The position numbers and the translations under genes were made by a program. The notes under the pieces are model-generated. The model saw nothing but the letters and a program-made list of their open reading frames with translations, was not told the DNA's origin and ran no database searches. Below, piece after piece: positions 1-14,100 of a stretch of 64,000 bases of DNA (position 1 is its first letter; each line of letters opens with the position of its first letter). The stretch is from NCBI GenBank assembly GCA_030141605.1, contig JAQGDQ010000236.1:124001-188000 (forward strand), written 5' to 3'. This DNA comes from Tubiluchus corallicola (Eukaryota > Animalia > Priapulida).

Positions 1-240
1 AACTATATTTTATTTGATTTGTAATAAGTTACAATGTGATAATGTAAATTGTATATATGAGGAGTGGGTAATAAATTACAAATTTCAATTTGATGCTGTG
101 TTTGCTGGTCTGCTGTCACATGCCAAGTTGTTCTACGCTGTTTAACTCGAGTGGAGTATTTAATAAAACGAACCGTAACCTGCTGGACACTTGACACCAG
201 CAAATTATGTCTTTGTCTGTAAACTGTTTTTTCCATTCAG

Positions 241-3200
241 GGTTTAGTGTTGATTGGTGGGCTCTTGGTGTGCTTATGTTTGAGATGTTGGCTGGCAGAT
301 CACCATTTGACATTGTGGGTGCTGCAGACAATCCCGACCATAATACTGAAGACTACCTCTTCCAAGGTAAGCTCAATAATCAGCTGTCATTAGGAAAACA
401 CTTACTAATGTTTATCGTAGTTTAAAATTTATAATTATTAATGGTTAAATCTTAACTTCTTTGTATAAAGTAACCTGGAGTAAGGATATAACTGAGTGGT
501 CAGGGTGGCTGTTCAACTATCTAAGGTGAGCTATGCAGAGTCTTTCAATAAATGAGTAGATAATTGTTGAAAAGCCTCTGGGAAATTTTTGCTCAAGTTG
601 TTTATCTTGTTGAGGGTAAGTGTATAGACGAATGTGGCTAAAAGACTTCTGCTGGTTTAGTTTTAGTGTCTCGTCTTACTTGATTGGCTTCTATTTCATG
701 TTGTTGGGACTCTTTATGCTGCATCAACGTAGTTTTACATACTTCGAACGTGTTTACAATTTCAGTGATTTTAGAGAAGACGATACGCATTCCTAGATCC
801 TTATCCGTGAAAGCTCGATCTGTCCTTCAGGGTTTCTTGAACAAGGTAACTTATTACTTTCTTTAGAACCTTTATGTGTGAATCATGACTTGATAATGAG
901 GAAATGAATCTGAAGCAGATATTTTAAAGTTTATTTTTAAAGAAAAAGACTAGAGTAACAATCTGTAGTGGGGCATTTCATACTTAAGTTTTAGTGTGAC
1001 AGGTTAGCAGCAGACATTTGAAATTACAGTTCAATTTGCCAAAATTCACAGCTCTGGATGCCAGAAAAAATGATATGTGATAGATGAAGTACATCTTCTG
1101 CCGGAGGTGTGTTTTGTACATTTATAAGCTGTAGTGATAAATGATCCTACTGCTTGCTCCTGATGGTCACTCACTTGTGTAAGTATGGCCTTCTGACGTT
1201 GTGAGTCCTGGCAACTAGGGGAAGTGGATGGCTCAACAGTTTCGGTGTCGTCTTGGCTGACCAAAGTTGAGAATGGTACAGAAGCTGATCATTGAGTGAA
1301 TGGATGCCATTTGCAACTTCGCGGTGGCTTCATTTACAGTGCTCTTTACGTCCTAGAGAGAGAATGTTGTGTATACTTTTGGTACTTTGGGTGTATGCAA
1401 AATACAATTAAATGGATCAGCACAGGTACAATGTTTACATATCCCCATCCATATACATCAATTTCATGTGAAGCTCATGTAGTTTTTAAACAAATTAAAA
1501 TATTTTGTACATTTTTCTACATTTTTATGAGTTTAAGTTTATTTATAAATGTTGAGAATTGCAGAAGAAATAAAAACCGATAAATTCCTAAAATATTTGT
1601 TACAATTTATTTTTTTATTAAATGTAGACACTCAACTGAAATTGAAAGATCTGATAAAGTACAACTTGTGCAGTGACGACTTACTAAAGTCCAACTGTAT
1701 GAGTTTTATTGTTGATTGCCTTTCCTGTATCCATCTTAGCCGGGATTAAGATGTTTTTGCCAATGTTTATTTCCCCCTTCTGATATGTTTGTCTGTTTTT
1801 CTTATCTTACAGAATCCTGCTGAAAGATTGGGCTGTTTGCCTCCTACAGGTTTTACAGATATCCAGGCTCACCCCTTCTTTAAAAATATTGATTGGGAAC
1901 AGGTAATTAGTAATTAAAACTTGTGGCGTTGGTTGAAATGAGTTTGATTAGTAAAGTTTTGGGCTCAACATATCAAAGAATACGTGTCACCTGATCGGTA
2001 TCTCTGTGCTGTAGAGAGCGAAATTGTAACATAAATATGACCACTACATTGTAAAGAGGTTAGCAAAACTTACAGAAATTAGTGCTGCATGTTATAGAAT
2101 TTTATGATATTCAGAGTTGAGCACTAAAACACTAAATATCAATATTAAAATTTTTAAGAAAACGACACTGGAGGTTTAATGTTCTAGTAAGTGAAAGTTA
2201 AGGCTACGGTGTTGTCTAGTTCAGTGTTGCATGTATTGACTATGGAGTACATTACAACTAAAGAAATCAACTTCTTACTGAGTCTAATAAGCAACATCAT
2301 GAGTTCTGTTTGATAAATGCACAGCAATATATTTACAAAATAGAATATAAGTAGTACAGTAATACAACACAATATTAGTCTTAAAGTGACTCTACGGGGC
2401 TGTCCACAAAAATGTTCCCCAAACTAATTTGTAGTCCTTCATCCTAGTATAGGCATTTTTTGCAAAATGGGCCCATGCGCTGTGTGGCCCGGTTTTTTCT
2501 CTTTCCAAAGAGCTAGGATGTTTTTTCTATATGGTGTTCCTCTAGGAACTGTGGGTGAAACCTCCAAAAGTGGTTATTTTTTGCTCATTCCGAAACATGT
2601 AGAAAAAACATCTTAGTGGTGCGGGGGGGGGGGGGGGGTAATGCAAGGAAATTTGTAAGTTATAAGGAAATAGAAAAGGAAACCAGGGTGTGCGGTGATG
2701 TAATCTGTTATACAAACGTAAACCAAGATGAAGGCTTAGGAGTTAACTGGGGGAAGTTTTTCTCGACGACCATGTACTGTAAGTCCTCGCTTACTGCGTT
2801 CCAGTAAAATGCAGCATTAAGCTAAGCATCGTTAAACGAAAATACAACTTCCGTAGGAAGTAATGCAAGATGCGTTCCAGAACCAAAAATCAATACGTCA
2901 ATGCTGCTTAAGTCATATATGAGTTTTATTCATATTTCTACTGATTAATTTCTTTCTGCTTGCTTGAAACCACCTATCTTACAAGTATGTAGTTAGACTT
3001 GCTAGCGATTTCTACTCCCGTTTAAACACTGCATGTTAAACACTACATAGTGAAAGCCAAGCTCTGCATGGAACGACCTTGAGACAATTTCACGTAGTAC
3101 TAATGTGGTTATTATAGCAACAGATTACAGACAAAATTCATTGGCATAAAGTTCAAACTCGGGTGTCGTTTGATACAAACGGCTAGGATTTAGTACGTAG

Positions 3201-4105
3201 TCAGCCGGGAAGCAAGAACGTTATAATAATTGTACTATTCTGGTACTAATGTATTTTTACAACATATGTACCATTTTAATGCTTCAAAAAGGTAAGAAAG
3301 TTGTTGATAAAATAAAAAATGACTGAGCAAAGTAAAAAAGTTGACTTTAAAACGAAACAGTGCGTCGGTTAAGTGAGAAAAGGTACCAAACGTTCAACGT
3401 CGTTAAAACAAAACCGTCGCTAAATGGGGAGTGGTTAAGCGAGGACTCACTGTATATCAATGATAATGGGATTAACATCGGATCCATGCAGGAAGTTTAG
3501 AATGCACTGCACGGAGAGCTTTCCATTCGACAGGCAGTGATATCATTTGTAAAAGCTTCTCTTTTGCAGAAGTGATGGTGGCGCACGGCACTGTCATTTT
3601 CCTGTTTTGCAGATTGAAGCTAAACAAGTGACGCCACCTTTTCGACCCAGGGTAGTCGATCCATATGATTATGAGAACTTCGATCCACAGTTTACTAATG
3701 AGCCCGTGCAACTTACTCCTGATGACCTGTAAGTGTTTTTCATTTTTGCTTCACTATTTTGTACATTGTTTATACCATACGAATATTATACAGTTTAACA
3801 ATTAACTGCTTATGGATTCGCGTTTTGAAGTACATTCAGCTAGTCAAACATATAATATTATGGATAGAATCTGTACATCAGTTTAATTAGATTTGTGTTA
3901 TATAAATTTACGTGTCCTACTATGTGAACTTGCTGATGCATTTCTTATTAAAATATTTTTCATAGTTTAGCTTACTAGCATTTGGGACTGTAACAGTTTT
4001 TTCTTATTTTGTCATAGACGAGCTTTGGAGAAAATCGATCAGTCAGAATTCGAGGGATTTGAGTATGTTAATCCATTGTTGATGTCACTGGAGGATGCTG
4101 TGTAA
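241..4105 (+). CDS. aPKC: Atypical protein kinase C (iota/zeta type), last 5 coding exons; 5' part lies upstream of the window
   Basis: Exons 241-366, 766-845, 1813-1902, 3613-3728, 4018-4105, all GT-AG and in phase. Translation [27 protein letters not shown]...[25 protein letters not shown]...[16 protein letters not shown]...[18 protein letters not shown]. This includes the turn motif (LTP), the aPKC-specific acidic hydrophobic motif FEGFEY and a C-terminal PDZ ligand. Confidence 0.97.
2777..3452 (-). mobile_element. Tc1/mariner-pogo (Tigger-like) MITE, family A
   Basis: TA flanks. TIRs CTGTAAGTCCTCGCTTA / TAAGCGAGGACTCACTG. The interior of the right end is homologous (reverse complement) to the start of 19231-19935. 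Confidence 0.75.
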
Positions 4106-5905
4106 TGTAGCTGTAGATGTGTTAACTAGGCAACTGGAGTGTTTAAGTCCATCAGCAAGTTAATAGATGACAGCAGGTTTGCAAACACTGACTGTCTTCC
4201 TTAGTCAGATTTGAGCTGCGGAAGTTTTTTCTTATATGTACATTTTTTGCAATCTGACAAACAGTGGTTGTTTAAGATCTCAGCTCTGACAAATAAGAGG
4301 TGCTATTGGTTACCCATGTACATTTGATAAGAGCTGGAATACATTTCTTACAAAGAGCTTCATAGAATCAAGTAATAATAGGGCATAAAGGAGTAATATA
4401 TGCCAGAATGATGAAATTGGCCTAATTTTTCTACATGGTATGTAGTTGGTGTTTATAATGCTGTGGTATGCACAATGAAACAAAATACGTATGTTGTATA
4501 GACATGTTTATTGTCTAAGAATTTGGATATTGTAGCATGTGATTTAGAAATGGTTGTCTTAACTTCCAGTTGTTTTTCTGCATGTTGTATTTGAAATTAT
4601 CTCTCATGTGGATCATCCGTGCTTGTATTTGGATTAGAATAATTATACTATGTACTAAAAGATGAAAATCTTGATGTTATATTAGGAAATACTTGGAACT
4701 AGTATGCCATTTGTAAAAAGAGGCCACATGTCTGTTATAAAGGGAAAATGTTTTCACGGGAAATTGGTTGAATTAACCAAAATTCTAATTATGGAGGTTG
4801 GTATTTGTGAAAGTTAAGTGTATTTGAACCTGTAACGTGATTTGTAGGTCAAGCTCTGTGTACTAATTTGCTTGTTTTTCTAACATTTAATATTGAGTTT
4901 AGATGACTTATGCACAATTGTCTTTGCAAATATGTTCGCAAAGGTTGTTGTCGTATGGATTCCGGCACTTCTTTTTATTCTCAGGTCCACTTCTTTCTCA
5001 ATTTTGTTTTGTTGCAATTGATTTCTTTTCACTCTTTTTTTTTGGTTAAGTCACTCCTGTATAATTTGTCATAAAAATGTCATTAAGTCGTTCACTGCAA
5101 GTCTATAGTCAGGCAGACTCTATTTTTCTTTCAATCTTCAAATGTTTTAGAAGTTTAAAATGTTTCAAAAATTTAGAAGTAGATTACATAGGAAGGCATC
5201 ATTTGGCTGAAGCAGTAGAAAGGCAACATATTTTGTTGTCACATCGTGTAAAAGAAATTTCTTCTGATTTTTTATAAGTTTGCTAACAGGTTTAGTTTCA
5301 ATTTTCATGATTGAGGATCGTTGTTACAGCTATTTGTCTTGCCGTGTGTGGAAAGAGTTTTGTGGGGTCGACATTAACACCTTCAGATTCATAATGTACC
5401 ACACTTACAACCTTATTGTTAGCTAACTGTAGGTAAATAAGTAATATCATTATTTGATATTTTCATACATTCAAGCCGGTACGAATACTGAGTATTTTTC
5501 AATTTATCTTTCCTTGTGCACCCTTTCGCTTGAGCAAGCCATCGGTATGAATCTTTCATTTTGAAATTCACTTCTCGGTTTTTTGGATAAGTTCTATTTT
5601 TCCTGTTTGAACTTCGAGTTATAAGTTGGTTGATGAACACATGCAAGTGAGTTAAAATTCGAGATGTTTTAGAACCAAATTTAAAGCCAAATTTAGCTTG
5701 AAATTCGTGTTTTTGTGAAATGTTTTCTTTCCCTTTTTTGCAAACTTTGCTCTAGGCAGTTACACCATTCTGTACTATTTCTTATTATCAATATACGTAT
5801 TCGTAGAGCTTTTGCAATTTTTGTATAATATTCATGTTTTAGTTGTCCTTTAAGCATCACTTTATTATTGTGTTGTGTCATAGTATCTAATTATGCACTC
5901 TTATT

Positions 5906-6362
5906 GAGTGGCGGCTCATGTATAGGTACTGTGGTACTGCAGCACCCCTTATTTTCACTCTATATTATCAATATTATTCAATATAATAAGCCTTTTGTCT
6001 TTAGTTCTTTCTTTATACTTGTACGGAACCAGATCACATGAGGGTAGGGCTGTTTGCTTCACAGCCCAGCCCATTGGTGTTTGCGGCTGGCCATGTGCAC
6101 AGCTAGCGTCTGCTGCTAGGTAGAGAAAGTACTGTCGCTCACACAATTTGTTATCAGTTGCTACCTGATTAAAAACCGTGTACTGGCATATTCTTCAACT
6201 GCCCCAATTTAGGCTATTCATCAGCTAAAAAAATTTTGTTTAGGATTTTATCAAGTTTATGTACAAATTTTCCTACGTTTGTTTGTTTACACAGCATTAA
6301 AACAATGACTAAAAATTTTTTGAAGCAACACCCCCAGTAAGTTTATCTACGAACCCCCACTG
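5906..6362. mobile_element. hAT-type non-autonomous element
   Basis: 8-bp TSD ctcttatt/ctcctatt. Termini GAGTGGCGGCTC and (rc) CAGTGGGGGTTC. Confidence 0.7.
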
Positions 6363-8029
6363 CTCCTATTACTGTAAATATACTACCATCCCTTGTCTGT
6401 CATAAGTTATTGGAAATTGTGAAATTTCAATGATAAAATTAAAATGAAATATAAGAAGCTTTGCTGAGCTAACTTTGTATTTTTATACTAATTGATTGGC
6501 ATAATTGTGAATGTTGGTGATTTATATAAACTGTATTTAATTGGGATCCTTTATACATTTTATCATTATATTATATTATTCAACAATTACATTGTATTAT
6601 TTGGTATCAATTAAGCAGTGCATTGACGCTTGTAGAGTATTTTGTCTTGCAAGTTAGAAGTGTGCAGTCCTAATTGCAAGTTATCGTGGTCCAAACTCAT
6701 TTATATTAATTTAAGATAAATTATGTTATAGAGGCTTTTGTAAGATGCATTTTATGAGGAATCTTCCTGATGAAATCAGTTTTCATAGCAAACTTATATA
6801 TTTAGATGGTAAAAGTTGTTGAACTGGCAATGTGATAAATTCCACTTTTTCTATTGCCTTAAAAGAAAATGGCACCTACTCAGATATGCAGTAGCATCAA
6901 CTTTTTGGAAGAAACGGGTATTGGGAAAAGCAGGCTTTGTGATGAATCAGCAAAACTGAACACATGAAATCATGCATTAACCCTGCGACAAAATTTACTG
7001 AAGTTTTATGTAGTGATTCAGTTTGCACTTTTGCAAATGAGAAAGTCACACAAGGATGGTTTCCTGCAATTGGGAAGTTATATCCAAGTTGTGGAGGCAT
7101 TGTCAGATGCTGTATCATTAATCAAGTTTATAAACTAATACGTTGCAGAAACGTTTGGAAAATGTACCATATTATAGGTAATATTTAAACTGAGATTAAA
7201 ATTAGGTTGTTTTCTTTTAACGTAGAACCTGTTCTTTATCCACAAACAGTTTTTGCAAGATTTTGCACATCTCATATATTGTGGGGTTTACTCTATATGT
7301 AATTATGGCATATTTGTATTTTTTATTAATGAAAAGCACTTTAATAATTTAATGATTATATTATCTAATAGTAATTTGAGCATGATTGTCATTTTGATAT
7401 AAGACAGTCTTTAAACGAGGTTGTACATGTATTATAATTGTCAGAAAGTAAGAGTTGTTCAAATGATTTAAATTTCTTATTTGATAACCAAATATTTGTG
7501 ATCTAAGTTGTCATTCCAGTTATAATTTACTGGCAAATATATTATTTACTAATAAAATCACTTTTATAGAAAAATTTGTATCTATAACATCATAGTAGAA
7601 ATAAACGGCAGGTTTTTTTTGTAAAAACTAGTTTAACGGTTAATAGCTGGATTGTTATATGTGCAGCCCATTTTGCTCTGCTTTCCCGCAATTCCTCCGG
7701 GCCACAGGTAGTTTGATCAAGGAGCCAAGTACAGAAATGCCTAATAACGATTTTTTGCATCCGACCTGCGTACATCATTACTACTACACTCAAGAAACTA
7801 TTTTAGAAGTTATTAAAATTTATATTACAAACCATATATTTCTGCTTTCAGGACAGATAGTGGTAATTTCATTACAATGCATATTAGTAATGTGAATCAC
7901 ACAGTCTGTGTAGTACAGCGACATCAAGCTACAACCGTCTTGTAAGGGTTAATGGCATCTGATCTAGTAGAAAAAACTACCCGCACTATCTTTGGGATCG
8001 TGGCAAGGACTTCAGCTGGATACACTCAA

Positions 8030-8139
8030 TTAATCGCCCGGGCCGCACTTTCATTAGGTTGACAAATCTTTTCGCAGGGCCGCACAAATTCTCTCGGCGG
8101 GCCGCAAGTGGCCCGCGGGCCGCAATTTGCACACCTCTG
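8030..8139. mobile_element. hAT-Charlie-like terminal fragment
   Basis: GGCCGC subterminal repeats ending GGCCCGCGGGCCGCAATTTGCACACCTCTG, followed by TTCTAGGT (Charlie-like NTCTAGAN target). The left end was not located. Confidence 0.6.
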
Positions 8140-8793
8140 TTCTAGGTGATTCCTACAGTGATGATCATTTCAAAATTGCTTTTCAAAGTCAGGTGAACTT
8201 AGCTAATCCTGCAGCGTGTGTACAGTCCGAACCTGCAGAGTTTATTGCAGTTTATCACGCCCAAGAGTTCATATTTCCACATATTTATTTACCCACCTTT
8301 GTAATATTATCTTTGACGTTTGATTCTGATGTGGATTTTATAAACGAAAATTCTAAAAACTAATTATGAAAAAATATTTTCTTGCCTTGCACTTTAAACA
8401 TCTTATCTGGCATTGTGTAAATAGATAGCATATCACCAATAAAGTATAGCTATTAATAAACTAGCTATTGTAGGTGCTTATTAATGAATTTTCCTACTTC
8501 AAAAAGGAAATAGTCCTAGTACTGACATAGAAAGAAAGCAGTAAAAAACCTACATTTCAACCCGGGACCCTTCTTAAAATATGTTTTGCAAGCATTAAGT
8601 AAAGCATTTGCCATAAGACATTTTTCTGGAAGTTAATATATATCTGTACAAAGATCCTCGTTGTTGAATCCCACTTGTTCATTTGAGGTCCTAATTGTGA
8701 CCATTTTGGTTCTGTTCAGGAATTCACCACATTTTTATTTTTTCCGCAAGAAGTTCTGATCTAGATCTAAATTCTGTCCATGCATTTGTGAAT

Positions 8794-9132
8794 CAGGGCC
8801 GGCCTTAGGTAATTGGAGGCCCTAGGCGAAGTGAATTTGATGGCCCCAAATGAAATAGAAAAATAAATATGAAAAAAATAAAATTACACACAAAATTCTC
8901 AAAAAAGGCAGGCAGCGAGAGAGAGAGAGAGACAGAGAGAAACAATGAGAGAGAGAAACAGACAGAGAGAAACAATGAGAGAGAGAGACAGACAGACACA
9001 GAGAAACAATGAGAGAGAGAGAGAGAGAGACAGACAGAGAGAAACAATGAGAGAGAGAGAGAGACAGAGAGAAACAATGAGAGAGAGAGAGAGGAGGCAG
9101 TATGTTCGCATAAAGCAAAAATGTATGGCCCT
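8794..9132. mobile_element. hAT-type MITE carrying a GA-rich minisatellite
   Basis: CAGGGCCGGCC...TATGGCCCT termini with a weak TSD ttgtgaat/ctatgaat. The internal (GA)n-CAGAGAGAAACAAT unit is repeated about 5 times over 8918-9092. Confidence 0.55.
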
Positions 9133-10095
9133 CTATGAATGAGTATTTGTTGATCGTTTTTGCATTGTTGGTCCAGTTTTTCTTTCACAGCGTGACTTAG
9201 GTTAAATTTGAATAAATGAATGTGAGAAACGTTTACTCATTACTCTGCAGAAAGACGTGTTTATCTCCTCGCAATTAGCACAATCTCCTCACAGATTATC
9301 TGTGCAACATCCTAGCAGGCAGACAAGTACTAAACTCATTTGCACATACTGAGTGTTAGCAGTCCTACCTAATAAGTAGCTGCTTGTTAGGGCGTATAGT
9401 TGTGTGCTGCATGTCCACCCATCCATTTAACTGCCAACTCTAGCATTGCTTACATGAGGAATTTTTGATATAAGACCGAAGGAAGCCAGTGGCGCTCTTC
9501 CTGAAACTTGTACTTGTGAAGCCCTGCGCAGACAGCTTACAGTGCTTGTAGCCTCAGATGGATAATCCGACTGTTTGCCTGTTTATTTTTAGTCGTAGTA
9601 ATTTACTCCACATTTTTCGCATAAACCAGGCAAGCTTCAAGCTTGCTGTCTTGTCTCCTAGAGGTCACTACAGTGCCAAAATGCTGACCACAAGTTTTGA
9701 CTTTTTTGATGAACATGTCTTTCTAACTAATGCTGCTCGTGTTTCACCTAGAGAAAAAAGTTCACACTAATAGTGTTTATTTAGTAGTTTAACTACTGCT
9801 CCCTTAGTGTATGTCCGCCCTGCATCTGTTTTCAGTTGACCTTTTGCTATTTCTCTTGAGGAAGCTGTATAGCTTAACTACTTAGTGCACGTGTATGTAC
9901 TATAGAGAAGAAGTGTTCTTGTGTTTGTGCATAACTATAGGCTGCGTTCTAAATAGACGTTCATAATATTTTTTTGTGCTTGTGATGGTATTTTCTTCCA
10001 AACATCTTATTGTAAGGTGAGTAAATATAATTGTTCTTTGTGCTAGTTGCACTACTTGACTTGGAACTTTTTCCCTTGTACCCCTCTTGCTGCTG

Positions 10096-10134
<39 letters not shown>

Positions 10135-10267
10135 CTTTTCTTATTTCTTTTCTTTCTGTTTTCTCTCTTTTACCTTCATATATTTTTGATGAGAGTTTTG
10201 TAAGAATTAAACAGTTTGTGTATCTCAGAAAGCGTCATCTGTGATTAAGTTAATTGTCATTTTTCAG

Positions 10268-10390
10268 TTAAACATGCCATGGTTTGAACATAATCAATGG
10301 TATGCGAACAATTAGCTATAGCTCTTTTACTAATCATGTTATGATATCATAACTCGGAAGACAGACCATCCCGACTTTCGACTATTTTTG
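10268..10390 (+). other. Probable non-coding 5' UTR exon of the ABCG gene, with upstream ORFs
   Basis: Acceptor ttttcag at 10267 and donor TG|GTAAGA at 10391. An earlier donor AAG|GTGAGT lies at 10017, and the acceptor CCAG sits 2 nt before the ATG at 11143. ATGs inside the exon open only short ORFs. Confidence 0.55.
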
Positions 10391-11142
10391 GTAAGATATT
10401 TTGCAGTTCATCTGTTTACTAATTTCTAGCTAAGCCTGTTAGTACAGAGTGTAGTTCAGTTTAAACTATAGTCAAGCTATGTTATTATAGTGTTGTCATG
10501 ATAGAAAGTGTTATTTTTTGGCCAACTCAGTAGCTAAACACATTGCTTTCAGAGTCTATGGAGCTTAACTGATATGCTGTATTATGTGCACTCTAGGCCT
10601 ATATAATCGAACAGTTTTGCCCTTAGTTCGTTGACTGAATGTTTCCGGTCTCTTTCTTAAGTCTCTTTTATGAAAGGAGTTTGACATTTGTTTTGACATG
10701 TGCTTATTTTAAACCACAATAAACGCTAATAATTCTGAAAGAAAAACTCGGCCCATATGAGAGTAGTTTGCATTCCTGGTGAATTGGGCATAAAACAAAC
10801 ATTCAAAGTGAGTAGGATACAGCTGTTGCAAATCTAGTACGGAGTTATACTGTTCTCATATTGACTGCTCAATGTATATATTAGTTACATGTTTATTTGC
10901 TGTATTTTTTCAAATAATTTGAGCAATAAAATATTTTTTTATTTCATTAGCGTGAATAATAAGGCATAATTTTATAAATGCACCATCCTTTCATTTCCTG
11001 ATGTTTTTATAGTCTTACTTGTGGAAAAGTCATTCACACTAATTTAAATTGCTGCTACAGCGGAATATCGTATGGAAGATGATTATGTAAACTGTTTTTT
11101 TTCTAGTTTTTCTATGAGCACTGGTTGCTGTTGTTGCCAGCA

Positions 11143-14100
11143 ATGGAGTTACTATTCAAAGACATTACAGTCAGTTTGTGTCAACAGACAGTGCTTGCTG
11201 GTGTTAGTGGTTTCTGCCGTCCTGGAGAAATACTGGCCATTATGGGCCCAACCGGTCAGTGCTGTTTTTCTAAGATCTTTTTAAAGATGAAATCCCTATA
11301 CCTATTCATGTTGCAGGTTGTGGCATTTAAAATGGATTCATAGTAATTGGTAACATTGGCAGTTGTCAGTCTGCTTAGAAACATGCCTTGCAACAGTTGT
11401 GAATTAGTTCTGCAGGCTCTTGTCATAAAGTGACTTCTTTTGGGATTTGTGTCATTCTGGGATGTTGTTTTTCTAAACCCTGAAACTAACTGACGATTTG
11501 GAGCCGTACATACTTTGTAAGATTGGCTATTCTAAAGTAGCAGAAACTATAGAGCGTTTTTCAATGCGTTTGTAATATTAAATTATTTACGAGTTTATAT
11601 AGTTGCACCTTTTTAGTTTCAAGCTGCAATGTAGAATACACTGTAAACAAAGATAAAATTAGTGAAACTGTTTATTAAAATATAAGATTACACTTGAACA
11701 ATTCCCCAAAAATCACCATACTAGATTTTTAAAGCCACTCAAATTAATGAGATCATGTCAGGATTTCATGGATTGAGGTGAATATTAAACTAGTTTTAGG
11801 CTTGTTCAGCAATCTACATTTTTCAACTGCCTATACAAACAAATATGTTGTAAAATTATTTGAATAATGTAAGAATGTGTAGATAAAAAATGTGAGGTCA
11901 TTTACACATACTTTGTAGAGACGTGTTTTTTGCAATGTTTAGGTTCTGGTAAGACCACGTTGCTCAACGTTTTGGCGGGACGCTTGTGCGGCATGGAACG
12001 AGGAAAGATATATTTAGATGGGCACCCGTTCAATAAGACACTGAAAAGGAAGATCGTTTACGTTCTTCAACAAGATATATTCCTTTCGAATCTTACTGTC
12101 AGACAAACCCTCAGGGTAAGAAATACAGTAATCTTATGCAGCTTGTATCATCGTCATCATAATTATCATTTTACCCTCATCACCTTTGTTATAATCATCA
12201 CCAGTACAGCAGCATATCATTATTGTGGTCACCATTTCTTTTCATTGTGATCTTTTCAGTCGCCAAAACAGCAGCATCAACAACAGTTGGGTCCCGATGG
12301 GTAATACAATAATAATAATTTATTCACCTCAAATCCATAAAATGCTCTTGGGCTTTACAGTCAAAAATAGATAAAAGCTTGAGTAAAAATACATCAAAAT
12401 GAACTTAGAAATTATACACTGCAATAAAGATAAAAATGCATAGTTAAATAATACATGCAATACAATTCTACAGATAAAATGTAAGACATAATGGAAATCC
12501 AATTTAAATTAATTTAAGTATATAATTACAGGTTAGAAGCTTTTTTGAATAAAAAGGTTTTGAGGCGTGTTTTAAAAATATATTCTGATTCTGACTGCCG
12601 TATATGAGTAGGTGTTTTATTCCACAATAGAGGAGCAGTGGATGAGAATGACCGTCCTTCACAAGTGACTAGCTTTATTCGAGGTTGGACCAAGTTCGTT
12701 GAATTTGCTGAGCACAAACTACATTGTGGTCTATCCTGTATTTAATCGGAATACAGTGGTTGCAGCTGCCACATAATTTTGAATGGCAAAAACAATGGTT
12801 CTTCCAAATAGCATACAGCACAGGGTGGAGGGGGAGGGGGTTGAAAAAGAACGTGAAAGGACACTGTTCTTATTTTATCAAGTGGGTATCTCTTTAAATG
12901 TGGTCATCTTCATACTTTGTCGACCTTTTCCTTCTCTCTAACACCCCAAACAGATGCAAAAATTAATTGATTTCTTCTCTAGGCTGTTGACGTACTTTTT
13001 CAGAATGATGCATTACAGAAGGTGCATCCGGAAAAATATTGATTGCTGTGACGGCCATGGATCTCTCATGAAATCTAAATAAGCCTACAAAGTCCACCAT
13101 TGAACAAGCTATCTAAGCATTACCGGCAGGACTGACAATGCCGACATGTCTAATTTGTCTCAAATTAAGGAGTATCAGTTTTACAAAGAGGTTATTGAAA
13201 TGTAAATATTGAGGTTTTTCGACATCACCCACATTCTTCTTGGTGACCCCGATTTGAAAAGTAATGTGCCAGTTAGAAGACACTGGATCGAGACAAGATA
13301 ATGGCAAAATCATAATCGTCATTGCCATCATTTTATCGTCACCATTACCAACAACAACAACTATGGCACACATGGCAATCACCAATCGAAAGTGAAATAC
13401 AAACAAACAAATAAACAACAGTAGTAATAACAAAAACTAATCAGCAACTGCAACAATACAAATGTATTAATGCTATAAATTGAGCATAATAATTAGTTTA
13501 TATACAAGCTATGTATGTACAATCATGTGCCAGCAGAATTACAGTATTATTAGATAGTTATTGTGTTTTAAACAGTTTATGGCACTGCTCCGGTTGCCTG
13601 ATGTCATGCCGTATGAAGACAAAATGCAACGAGTTGATGAAATAGTGGATACCCTAGACCTTAAAAAGTGCCTTGATGTCCGTAAGTAGGTTATAGTGAA
13701 TTTGTAGTAAATTTAGGTCATAATTTTCTTTTAAACTCATAATCAATATTGATAGTTACTTGAAGAAGAAATTTCTTTAAACATTTATATGGGCCTAACA
13801 GCAGGCAGCTTGCTGTTAGGGGATTGAGCACACTAGTGAAGGCTTAGTATTGTTCATATGCTTTTTTATTTATTTATGTGCTTTTTTTACTTTTTCTTTA
13901 TTGTACTTTAGTTTAGTTTAAACATATTTTTAGTGAATAACAAGCATTACAATATGGCTTGAACAGGCAGTTTTTAACAAGAGATAAATGTTCTTGCCAA
14001 TAAAACGTAACACTTCGTAGAGTGCAGACAATAGACAAACAGTAGAAGCATTACAGTATGACTACTAGCAGTATAGACACATATATAGCATTATGTTGAG

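Noticed and set aside
8805-9188. SLSL/RERE-rich ORFs (also 39294-39485, 10047-10244)
   Set aside because: These are translations of GA/CT microsatellites.
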